A DNA stretch of 56,924 bases from a virus. Its lineage: Duplodnaviria; Caudoviricetes. The position numbers and the translations under genes were made by a program. Where the stretch lies: the IMG/VR virus record IMGVR_UViG_3300032895_000004, positions 1-56,924 of that record; one strand, given 5' to 3'. The notes below the pieces were generated by a model. It was not told the origin of the DNA. It was given only the letters and a program-made list of their open reading frames with translations, and did no database searches. Positions 35,867-44,418 of the stretch are shown here, in pieces (within the stretch, counting starts at the first letter, position 1; every line of letters starts with the position of its first letter).

Positions 35867-37177
35867 TTAACTTTCCTTGTTGACCCGGCACGCGAAGTGT
35901 CGGGCACCGTCGAACGTCGCTGCCGCGTACCGCTCAGCGCGGAACGTGATCGTGTTCACTCCACGGTCCAGCGCCTCCTCGAAGGAGTCTGGGATCACCA
36001 CCGGAGTGTCGACGGCTGCGCTCACCAGGTCCGTGGCGTACATATATTCGGTGCCCGCCGCCGGGGTGGCGTTGTCCGGGCCGAGACCGTCGTAGCCGGG
36101 GTCGGGCACAACGATGTTGTCGAACGTGGTCAAGAGGAGCGGCGGGTCACCGGGCCACGTGTCGATGGCGATGGTCGAGACCGCTGTGCCCGGGCCGGTG
36201 CGACGAGCCCCGATGAACGACGGCGCGGTGTCCGGCGTGCAATGGATCATCCCCGGGCCGCCACCGCCGGTCTGCGCCAGCGCATCTTCGAGTATCTGCT
36301 GACCGCGCGCGATCGACGGCACGGTGCCTGGCGTCAGATCGACCACCGTGTCGGGGTTGGTCAGGTAGTCGTTCGGCAGGCCCTGCGCCTGGGCGAAGTA
36401 GCCATGCCAGAACTCCTTGCCCACCGCGGCGGGAGTCGCCAGGTCGAGCAGGTCGGAGGCCCACGTCTTGAAATCGTGCGCCTCGAACCCGAAGGCCGAG
36501 CAGGTGTCCTCCACCACGATGAGGTACGGCTTGAAGTTCACCCACCCCAGGTTCGTGTAGGTGCCCGGGCCACCCGTCGTGTTGGAGCTCGGCACCGCCG
36601 CACCGGGCGACGCGCTCCCGGTGTCGGTGTAGCTGTCGGTGGTCAACCCCTGCGCGAGCAACCCGAGCGACCCACCGATGCGGCCGTAGACCTTGGCCGT
36701 GATCCCACGCGCGACGTAGTCCTCGGGGAACACCCAGCCGGACACCACCACTGACCCCGCGCTCCCCTCGCCGGGGATCGTGGCGGTGACCGGCGTCGAG
36801 TCCGTGGTCTCGCCGTTGGCGTCCACGAAAGTGACCACGTAGGTGTACTCCGTGCCGCCGACCAGGTCGCCGCCTGTGGCCGACGGAGTGGCCGAAGCAC
36901 CCTCGGGGGCAGCCAGCGCCGGGGCGTCGACGGTCGTGTTGTCGCACACGTCTCGCAGCCATCCCGGCAGGTTGTTGCGCGGCCGGTAGCTGAACCCCCC
37001 CGTCCATCGCGTGTCGAGGCTGGCTCCCATCGACGTGCCGTCTGTGTTCGGCGCGGCCGTCGAGGGCTGCGCCTCCCAGCCGCTCGGCAACGGCAGAGCC
37101 GCGACGAGCAGGCTGAGGACAGGCGGCTTCGGGAGGTTGCCGTCTCGAAGCGGGACGTACAGGGGGTGATCGCTCAC
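35867..37177 (-). CDS. Second capsid protein (pentamer-type) with an inserted FN3-like domain
   Basis: Directly follows the major capsid gene; RW.GGF.Y, C...G, E.W.G, G.IH, G.GY.G, YAT, N.....AER. Confidence 0.72.
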   Translation of the reverse strand: MSDHPLYVPLRDGNLPKPPVLSLLVAALPLPSGWEAQPSTAAPNTDGTSMGASLDTRWTGGFSYRPRNNLPGWLRDVCDNTTVDAPALAAPEGASATPSATGGDLVGGTEYTYVVTFVDANGETTDSTPVTATIPGEGSAGSVVVSGWVFPEDYVARGITAKVYGRIGGSLGLLAQGLTTDSYTDTGSASPGAAVPSSNTTGGPGTYTNLGWVNFKPYLIVVEDTCSAFGFEAHDFKTWASDLLDLATPAAVGKEFWHGYFAQAQGLPNDYLTNPDTVVDLTPGTVPSIARGQQILEDALAQTGGGGPGMIHCTPDTAPSFIGARRTGPGTAVSTIAIDTWPGDPPLLLTTFDNIVVPDPGYDGLGPDNATPAAGTEYMYATDLVSAAVDTPVVIPDSFEEALDRGVNTITFRAERYAAATFDGARHFACRVNKES

Positions 37178-37180
37178 TGG

Positions 37181-38926
37181 TTACCCAGTCGGGGCGATGG
37201 TCCCCGAGGAAGCACCGTTCGGGATCACCGCTGCGTAGACGAGCAGAGATTCGATCCCACGAAACGCGACCGTCTCGAACACTTCAACGAAGGTCTCGTA
37301 GTCGTTGGTGCTGTCGAGCGAGCTGTCCCGCACCACGCCCAGGTCGAGCGTGCCGCCGTCGAGCCGCTGGAAGTTCCCTTCGGGGAAGAGGGAGAAGGCC
37401 AGGTGCGTCGGCCACGCGTCCACCGCGCCGGTGGCTTGCGCCCCGAAGGCCTGCGACACGATGGTCACCGTCTTGCCCGACGCCCCGTAGGTGCCCGCCG
37501 GCCGGCCGTCGATCATCCAGATCGGGTTGACCCCACGGTTCTGGAGCCACTGGTTGATCAGCGCATCGGTCACGCCTCGAGGGTCGAAGCCCGCCGAGTC
37601 GTGGGCAATCTCCTGCGCCACGTCGGAGCGGATCATGTCCTTCAGCCACTCGGGAGCGACGAAGGAGAGCATGATCGAGCGCGGGATGCGGTGACGCTGC
37701 CGATAGGCCGAGCAGATCAGGTCGAGGTCGGTGAGCAGATCACGCGACACGCCCAGGGTCTCGCCGATGGTGACGCCCGTCGAGTTGGCGTCCAGTTTCG
37801 ACAGGGCGTTCAGCTCACGCACCTGCGCGGCGTAGGCCATCGCCAGCGTGGTCTGCGCGGCGACCCACTCCGGGTCGAAGCGACCTTGCATGTTGCCGAT
37901 CTGGATGCGGGTCGGCACCGCGTCGACGTACACAGTCACCGGGTCCGGGCACACGATGGCGGCGATGGCCTTGGTGTCGTCACCCGGGTCGGCGTCGGTC
38001 GCCTCGGTCCACACGGCGGTGGAACCCGACAACGTGCCGAAGTCGGGCGGGGGCACGAACATGAGCGCCCCTCGATCGGCCTGGCTTGAAGGCAGCGCGT
38101 CGATCAGCGGCGTGTCGTCCGTCGCCCAGGTGGGCACCGAGTAGTCGACGGCGGGCGGGCCACAGATGCCACCGGAGGCCACCAGCGCTCGGCTGTCGAA
38201 CCGCTCCCGAATCTTGCGCTCGTTGCCCACGACGTCGCCAGCCCGAAGGCGGGCGTACTCGGGGTATTCGGACTCGGCGTGCGCGACGTACACGACACCG
38301 CGCGGTGCGCCACGTCGGGGGAGGCGGCGCAACAGGTGCGCCATCTCGTCGCCCAGCTCGGCGGCGGACTCGAACACGTGCCCGTTGGGGAACCGGCCAC
38401 CGGCCCCGGTGGAGTACACCTTCGTGTCCCCTTGCGGAGCGCCACCGTTGGGAGACGGCTTGGCCGGGGTGCCCATGTTGCGCTGCGCCATGCGGGTCAC
38501 TCGCGACCCCTCAGCACCAGCGGCAGCGGCCGTGGGCTGAGTCTGGCCGTCGCCCTCTCCTTCAGCAGGAGCCGGCGTCTTGGCCTTGGCAGGGTCATCA
38601 TCGTATGCACCCTCGGCCTGGTCGCCCTCGCCGCCTTCGCCATCGCCCTCGCCGCCTTCGCCCTTCAGGACGTGCATACGCTGGCGCAGCTCCTCCGCGG
38701 TCTTGTCGGCTTCGGCCTGAGCCTGCGCACGACCATCCCGCTCGGCCTTCACCTTCTCGGCGTTCTCGACCACGGCCCCCATCGCGGCCACGACCTCGGG
38801 ACTCTTGGTCTCGGTCGCGTCCAGCTCGGACCATTGCTCATCGAGGCGCGCTGAAACCTGATCCAGCTCCTCGGGAGTCGCAGCACTGAGGTCTGCGAGC
38901 AGTTCTGCAAGTCGTTCGTCGTCCAT
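37181..38926 (-). CDS. Major capsid (hexamer-type) protein with an N-terminal scaffold-like region
   Basis: Coiled-coil/acidic N-terminus; LVASGGICGP...Y, RG, GNMQGRFDPE, P.W, GTLDLGVVRDSSLDSTNDYE.F.E.FE. Confidence 0.9.
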   Translation of the reverse strand: MDDERLAELLADLSAATPEELDQVSARLDEQWSELDATETKSPEVVAAMGAVVENAEKVKAERDGRAQAQAEADKTAEELRQRMHVLKGEGGEGDGEGGEGDQAEGAYDDDPAKAKTPAPAEGEGDGQTQPTAAAAGAEGSRVTRMAQRNMGTPAKPSPNGGAPQGDTKVYSTGAGGRFPNGHVFESAAELGDEMAHLLRRLPRRGAPRGVVYVAHAESEYPEYARLRAGDVVGNERKIRERFDSRALVASGGICGPPAVDYSVPTWATDDTPLIDALPSSQADRGALMFVPPPDFGTLSGSTAVWTEATDADPGDDTKAIAAIVCPDPVTVYVDAVPTRIQIGNMQGRFDPEWVAAQTTLAMAYAAQVRELNALSKLDANSTGVTIGETLGVSRDLLTDLDLICSAYRQRHRIPRSIMLSFVAPEWLKDMIRSDVAQEIAHDSAGFDPRGVTDALINQWLQNRGVNPIWMIDGRPAGTYGASGKTVTIVSQAFGAQATGAVDAWPTHLAFSLFPEGNFQRLDGGTLDLGVVRDSSLDSTNDYETFVEVFETVAFRGIESLLVYAAVIPNGASSGTIAPTG

Positions 38927-39060
38927 CGTGGGGCTCCTCGGTGAGGTTGAAAACTCGCCTTCGTGGTGGCTGAGCGGTCTACGACCTGCCCCAACCGGGA
39001 GCCGCTACGCGACTTGCTGGCGGACAGCTAAGCATCTCGTTGCGACGGATGCAAGCATCC

Positions 39061-39411
39061 TCAGAACGAAGGCACCAGCGGGGGCTGTTCGACCATGAAA
39101 GACCCTGCGTCTGTGACCTGTGGCGCGCCACTGCTGGCCCACTCGTAGGTGACCCGGAAGGGGTCAGTGGTCGGCGGGGTGAAGGGGGTGGTGTCAAGGT
39201 CGACGTGGTAGAGGCCGACGCCATCGCGCACCACTTCCTCGTCAGTGCCGTAGGTGTATTGCACCGGCTCGCTGCCGTCGACCTGGAACAGGAACACCAC
39301 CACGTCGGGGTCGCTGGGAGTCGAGGTCGGGTTGCCCTCGGTGTCATAGGTCACCACCGAGAAGGGCTGCTCGGTGAACACCTGCACGATGTCGCCTTGC
39401 ACGTAAGCCAA
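39061..39411 (-). CDS. Small Ig-like virion protein (paralog A)
   Basis: DP..V.......TYG.....R...G.Y...L.T...YEW...G. Confidence 0.7.
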   Translation of the reverse strand: MAYVQGDIVQVFTEQPFSVVTYDTEGNPTSTPSDPDVVVFLFQVDGSEPVQYTYGTDEEVVRDGVGLYHVDLDTTPFTPPTTDPFRVTYEWASSGAPQVTDAGSFMVEQPPLVPSF

Positions 39412-39423
39412 TGCCTCGTCCTC

Positions 39424-39621
39424 TCAGATGCGAGCGCCGACGACAACCGTAGCCAGCCGCCGATCGCTCGCCTCGACATGCGCCGTTGGCCTCGCGGCCC
39501 CTGTGAGGACACCCAGCGCCCGATCGCTCGTGAGAACGCTGCCCGCTACGGGCCCCCCGAGCTGTTGGCCCGTTGCCACCATGACGAGCTGGCCGGTGAT
39601 CGCGCCAGTGGCGAGCGACAT
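39424..39621 (-). CDS. Small beta-repeat hypothetical protein
   Basis: Internal SDR..G repeat; TAATG coupling. Confidence 0.5.
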   Translation of the reverse strand: MSLATGAITGQLVMVATGQQLGGPVAGSVLTSDRALGVLTGAARPTAHVEASDRRLATVVVGARI

Positions 39622-39953
39622 TAGAGGGGAGGCGTGACGATGTTGACGGACTGGACGTTGACGACGGCCACGTTCCCTTCTCCGATCCACTCGATCGTGA
39701 GTGGGCCATTCATGCCGCTGGTGTTGATCGGTGCCGAGTAGACCCCGGTGCTCGATCGCACGATGGAGCCCGTGCCCCCGTAGGTCCAGACTGTCTCCGT
39801 CCCCGCGTTCAGGAACTTGAGGACGATCGTTGAGGGGTCAGTGAGTACCCCGCTACCGCCGAGCTGCGGAGGCAGGCCATCGTAGAACTCGACTTGCGCC
39901 GTGATGGCCGTGCCCGCGTAGACCGGCTGCGGAAGCTGGTTGCTGATCGTCAC
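39621..39953 (-). CDS. Small Ig-like virion protein (paralog B)
   Basis: Same DP...TYG...VR..TG.Y...I.T...IEW.G.G pattern as 39061..39411. Confidence 0.7.
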   Translation of the reverse strand: MTISNQLPQPVYAGTAITAQVEFYDGLPPQLGGSGVLTDPSTIVLKFLNAGTETVWTYGGTGSIVRSSTGVYSAPINTSGMNGPLTIEWIGEGNVAVVNVQSVNIVTPPL

Positions 39954-39977
39954 CGGCTCAAGTATGGACGACGGCCG

Positions 39978-41000
39978 TCATGGGACAAGGGACACGAGCG
40001 CCACCCCGGCCGAGACCGAAGTCACTGCCGCACCCGCTGGGGTGACGCCTACGGTGGCGAACCCGCTGGTGAGAGAGACCACCACCGAGCCAGGCACTTG
40101 GCTCAGCGGGTGGACGGCGAACGAGATGGCCGCTGCGTAACTGCCGGAGGCTGGCACCTGCACGACGCCTTGACCGGTCATGTGGATGGACCCGGCAACC
40201 GCACCCGACCCTGGCACGTCGATCAGCCCCGCGGCAGCGGCGGTGATCGACCCGTGCAACGTCCCGCTCGCGTACTGATCGAGCGAGGTGCCGCTCATCG
40301 AAATGGACGCGGACAGTACGCCGGTCTCGACCAACTTCGGCTGCGGTGCCGACATGGTCACGCTGCCCGCGAATGATCCGCTGCCCGGGAAGTAGGGATA
40401 CAGGATGCACCCAACCGTCCCCCATGTATGAGACGACGCCAACGTCCACGTCGCGGTGACGGCACCGCTCGCGGTGACGGTCTGGTAGCAGTCGGTCAGG
40501 TCCTCGACCGTGTCGGTGTTGGGGTTGTCGTTCCACGGTGAGGCTGGGCCGGCCGTTGGCACAGCGCCGGACGCAAACATCGCCGCAAAGGCTGTTTGAT
40601 TGGCCGCAGTCGGGTCAATGGTGAGTGCCGGTGCTGTGCTCGCCCCGTTGGCCGTCGTGAACGAGCCGGTAACTACGGCTGTGTCGGGCCAGTCCTCACC
40701 AGAGATGCGCCACTGTGAGCCGGTCGCGGTAGTGGCCGTCAGTTTGTTCGATGTCCCACTGGCGTAACACCACCACAGCTCGATGCTCTTGCCGTTGTTG
40801 AGCAGCACGCCGCCCAGGTATTGCCAGCCAGCCGAGTTGGCGATGCCGCTGAGGTTTGAGAAGTCCGGGACGGAGGTGACCGACCCCGAGTTGTCGCGGA
40901 GCGCCGCTATCACCAGATCGCCCGCCACCGGGGTGGCTGTGAAGACATTGCCGGACTGTGCGCCCGAGTTGACCTGGCCGGTGATGATCGAGAACTGCAC
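39978..41000 (-). CDS. Beta-rich virion/head-fiber-like protein
   Basis: AGDLVIA, IELWW; C-terminal G/S/A-rich beta repeats. Confidence 0.7.
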   Translation of the reverse strand: MQFSIITGQVNSGAQSGNVFTATPVAGDLVIAALRDNSGSVTSVPDFSNLSGIANSAGWQYLGGVLLNNGKSIELWWCYASGTSNKLTATTATGSQWRISGEDWPDTAVVTGSFTTANGASTAPALTIDPTAANQTAFAAMFASGAVPTAGPASPWNDNPNTDTVEDLTDCYQTVTASGAVTATWTLASSHTWGTVGCILYPYFPGSGSFAGSVTMSAPQPKLVETGVLSASISMSGTSLDQYASGTLHGSITAAAAGLIDVPGSGAVAGSIHMTGQGVVQVPASGSYAAAISFAVHPLSQVPGSVVVSLTSGFATVGVTPAGAAVTSVSAGVALVSLVP

Positions 41001-41025
41001 CGCGTCGCCCGCTCTGGGCTACCGC

Positions 41026-41301
41026 CTACGCCGGGGCAGCGTCGGCGTCAGGCAGGGGCGTGTCGAGGAACCGACCGGCCGCGTGGTGCGCCTTGTGGAT
41101 CGCCAGTTGCAGCTCGGCCAGGTGTTCAGGCTTGACCGCGATGGCGAAGGGAGTCACGTCGTACGCGCTGCCGTCAGAGAGAACGAAGGTGCCACCGATC
41201 GGTCCGGTGGCGAAGTTGACGGTGCGGCCAGCCGCCATGTCCTCGTCGTCCAGCGCGTAGTCACAGTCGAAACCACCGCCGGGTTGAGGGGTGACCTTCA
41301 T
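41026..41301 (-). CDS. Hypothetical protein
   Basis: TGPIGG...L.DG..YDVTP..I.V; AAGGAG RBS. Confidence 0.7.
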   Translation of the reverse strand: MKVTPQPGGGFDCDYALDDEDMAAGRTVNFATGPIGGTFVLSDGSAYDVTPFAIAVKPEHLAELQLAIHKAHHAAGRFLDTPLPDADAAPA

Positions 41302-41310
41302 GCAGTCTCC

Positions 41311-41892
41311 TTAGCTGAACGAGCCCGTGACGGCCCCGATGGCGAAGCCCACCGTGGCCCCGGAGGAAACGGTCAGAGACGAGGTCAACGCCCCGCCCAC
41401 GATGTAAGTCCCCGAGGACGACGCGGTCCAGATGCCGAAGTACCCCACCGTGGCCGAGGGCATCGACGTGAAGTTCTGCGCGGTGGTCGAAGCGTTGGCT
41501 CCCGCTGAGGCGGCTCCAAAGCTGATCGACTGCCGGGCGTACGAGCCGCCTGTGCATTCCGATGCGCCAGTAGTGCCGGGGTCAGCGGTGTGCAACGACA
41601 GGTATTGCGGGGTGACCGCGAAGGTCAGGGTCACGGTGCCCGTCGCCGTCGCGTTGGCCGACAGCAGCAACTCGGTGGCCGAGATGACGTAGAGCACGGT
41701 GGTCGAGCCCGGGATGCCCGTGCCGGTCACTCCCATTCCCGCCACGATGTTCGAGGTCGTGAAGGAGTTGGTCGTGGTGACGATCGGCGACCCGTTGGTG
41801 GTGGTGCAGGAGGCAACGGTGCCAGCGGTGCCGCTCGGAGGGATTACCGCCTGGAGGGCGGTGTTCTCGTAGGCCGTCGCCAGGCGCGACAT
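41311..41892 (-). CDS. Virion fiber-base/decoration protein with an inserted beta domain
   Basis: YLSLHTADPG.TGA.E..GGSYARQ...F...GIW.A...GT family motif, interrupted by a GMGVTGTGIP..TTV...LSANATATG insert. Confidence 0.75.
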   Translation of the reverse strand: MSRLATAYENTALQAVIPPSGTAGTVASCTTTNGSPIVTTTNSFTTSNIVAGMGVTGTGIPGSTTVLYVISATELLLSANATATGTVTLTFAVTPQYLSLHTADPGTTGASECTGGSYARQSISFGAASAGANASTTAQNFTSMPSATVGYFGIWTASSSGTYIVGGALTSSLTVSSGATVGFAIGAVTGSFS

Positions 41893-41953
41893 GAACTGCG
41901 TCCTGACCCACAGGATGAGCAGTCGAGCTACCAGCAGCATGGGGTCCTCCGGG

Positions 41954-44122
41954 TCACGAGCGGGTGGCTGCCATACGGTCGCGCAGGTCCCTCACCGCAA
42001 GTCGACTGAGAGGCCCCCAGAGGCCCGTCAGAGCGGCGTAAGCGGCCTGGCCGGGGTCATCCTGCCCAGCACGCAGAGCGAGCTGCTCAGCGACCCCTGA
42101 GGCCACCAGGGATCGAGGGGCACCATCGGCCACGCGCGCCCGCATACGAGGCATCCGAGTGACCGGGAACCCGCCATAGTTGACGGCCAGCGCGGCGATC
42201 ATCTCCCAGTGATTGCCGACCCGCCGCCAGTCGGGCGAGATGACCGAGGCCCGAAGTAGCCGCACGTCCTCTTCGGTCGCCCAGGGACGAAGCGCCCCGC
42301 AGAACCACAGGCCGTGGACTCCGTCGCGCACCGCCACGTCGGCAATGGCCTTGCCGGTGTGGACGTAGTGCGCCTGCGCCTCGGGGGCCCACAAACTCAG
42401 ATCGGCGTGGGTCGTGTTGACCGTGATCGGCCCCGTCGGGATTTCGTCGCCTTCGGCGGTGAGCACATAGCCGGCCGTGAAGCGCCGATATGAGTACTTC
42501 CCGCCTTTCGGAGCGACGAGGCACTGACCTTGTGGTGAGCCGGTGTGGCACACGCCCCAGGGCACATGGCCGTAGACCCGGCCGTCCTCCTCGACGCGCA
42601 TCGGCGTCACTTCGTCGGGCTCGTCCATGAGGAACCAGCCGCTCGGCGGACGAGACGGTGCGGCGCTGGCGGTGAGAGCTCCGTCCGCACAGGGCTCGCA
42701 ACTCTCGAAGTCGAGCACGTGGATCGCCTCGATCGCCGCCTCCTCGCCATCACCCACCGGGCGTTGCGCGGGAATCGAGCCGGGGTCGGCCGAGCCGTCG
42801 CCCATGACGATGTACGCACCGGGGAAGGCGGGCTGCGTGCACATGGTCATTGCCATGATCGTGCCCTGCGTCAGCGTGGTGACCGGCATCGCCGTGTCAT
42901 CGAAGTTCGACGGGCCGATCGGAAGCGGCATCTCGATCGGAGCCTCGATGTCCTCGATCACGTTGCCCACATCGATCGAGATACCGAGACGGCCCATCTG
43001 CTCCAACGCCTGCGCCGCGTCGAGCGCGTCCTCCGTTGTCAGGAAGTGACCGTTCCCCGAGATGGTGGTGCCGTCACGGCTGATCGCCTCGATCACGCCC
43101 ACCAGCACCGCACCCGCATGACCACCGAACTCGGGCGTCTTGTTCAGGTACATGAGGGGCATCGGCGGATTGCGCCAGTCGAGGGCCTGAGGGGCGATGG
43201 TTCGACCGTCGTCGGTCAACGTCCCTTCGGTCACGGCGACCGGGATGGTGAACGCTGGCCCGAGCGCCGCAGGCGACACGTCCGGGGCAGCCGCGCTCGG
43301 GCCAGGAGTGGGGGCTGCGAACCCGGTCCCTCCCTGAACCGCAGCGGCGTCCTTCAGAGAGCCGTCGGCGTTCCAGTTGTCGGGAATCTTCGAGACGCAG
43401 CCCAGCGACTTGGCGCGCTTCTGAATGTGACGGCGGATCGCATCGTGATCGGCCGACCCTCGGCCCACCGCGCTGATCGCGCTGTCGACCGAGTTCTCAC
43501 CGGAGCAGGAGAGGATCGGATAGGACCCGTCGGGCATCGCTGCACCGGAGCTGGCCGCCTTGTCACGATCGGCTTGCGAGATGAACGCCCAGTACGGCAG
43601 CGCACCAACAGCGAGCCCGGGCGAGAGGTCGAAGCCTCGGCCGTAGCGGTACATGAGCAGCATGACGTCGTGTGGCGCGATGGGCTCGCCGCGTTGAGCG
43701 AAGGCGAGAATGCGTTGAATCTCAGCCTGCCCGTTGTTGCCTTCGGCCGTCGGCTGGTCCGTGTCATCGACCGGGGTCTCACCTGGTACGCGTATGCCGG
43801 GACAATCGCAGTTGACCATCGAGCACGGGCCGGTGTTCGTGCCGGTGTCCGTGTCGGCGTGCGCCGAGGCCAGATGGTTGCACTTCGACCCATCCGATTG
43901 CGTATTCAGGCATTGCACGTCGTCGGCCACGTCCCCGGCTGGTTCAACCCCGGGCGCACCATCCGACTGGGGCGGAGGAGGAGCAGCCGGTGGCGCCGAG
44001 TTCGGCGAGGGCGGGGGCGGTGCCGCTGCGGTCAAAGCCCGATAGAACTGATCGACCACTTCGGCGCGGGTGCCCACGGCGGTCAGTCTGCCAGATACCA
44101 GTGCCAGGGCGGCATCTTTCAC
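41954..44122 (-). CDS. Capsid maturation protease with extra N-terminal domains
   Basis: EG..T.DGR, H.GAV.VG.I, GISID, PAF, GRVYGH..W..CH.G, G.W..G.LRP, S.DWR, LAVN..GFP. Confidence 0.85.
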   Translation of the reverse strand: MKDAALALVSGRLTAVGTRAEVVDQFYRALTAAAPPPPSPNSAPPAAPPPPQSDGAPGVEPAGDVADDVQCLNTQSDGSKCNHLASAHADTDTGTNTGPCSMVNCDCPGIRVPGETPVDDTDQPTAEGNNGQAEIQRILAFAQRGEPIAPHDVMLLMYRYGRGFDLSPGLAVGALPYWAFISQADRDKAASSGAAMPDGSYPILSCSGENSVDSAISAVGRGSADHDAIRRHIQKRAKSLGCVSKIPDNWNADGSLKDAAAVQGGTGFAAPTPGPSAAAPDVSPAALGPAFTIPVAVTEGTLTDDGRTIAPQALDWRNPPMPLMYLNKTPEFGGHAGAVLVGVIEAISRDGTTISGNGHFLTTEDALDAAQALEQMGRLGISIDVGNVIEDIEAPIEMPLPIGPSNFDDTAMPVTTLTQGTIMAMTMCTQPAFPGAYIVMGDGSADPGSIPAQRPVGDGEEAAIEAIHVLDFESCEPCADGALTASAAPSRPPSGWFLMDEPDEVTPMRVEEDGRVYGHVPWGVCHTGSPQGQCLVAPKGGKYSYRRFTAGYVLTAEGDEIPTGPITVNTTHADLSLWAPEAQAHYVHTGKAIADVAVRDGVHGLWFCGALRPWATEEDVRLLRASVISPDWRRVGNHWEMIAALAVNYGGFPVTRMPRMRARVADGAPRSLVASGVAEQLALRAGQDDPGQAAYAALTGLWGPLSRLAVRDLRDRMAATRS

Positions 44123-44418
44123 GAGTCCTCCTCGTCCGGGGCGTCGGTCCCCTCGGTGAACAGCACGGTGAAGTCGCAGGTGCAGCCGTCATGGTCGCCG
44201 GGTGCGAAGTACTCCACCTCGGGCCAGCCGTAGGTGTTCTGAAGCTGCTCGTCGTCCCACTCTGTGAACTGCACGCCGTCGAGGTCAGCGTGGGGCTCGA
44301 AGGCGTGAAGTGGATCGCCATGCACCCATTGGTACGAGACCACGTCAGCGTTCGCGTCGGACAGAAGGTCGGACACGATGGGCCCGGTGCCGATCTGACC
44401 CAACAGGTCGTCAGCCAT
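44119..44418 (-). CDS. MuF-like minor head domain (separate ORF after the portal)
   Basis: YQWVHG....FEPH..LDG..F..WDD...PGDHDGCTCD; ATG overlaps the portal stop (GATGGCTGA). Confidence 0.7.
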   Translation of the reverse strand: MADDLLGQIGTGPIVSDLLSDANADVVSYQWVHGDPLHAFEPHADLDGVQFTEWDDEQLQNTYGWPEVEYFAPGDHDGCTCDFTVLFTEGTDAPDEEDS

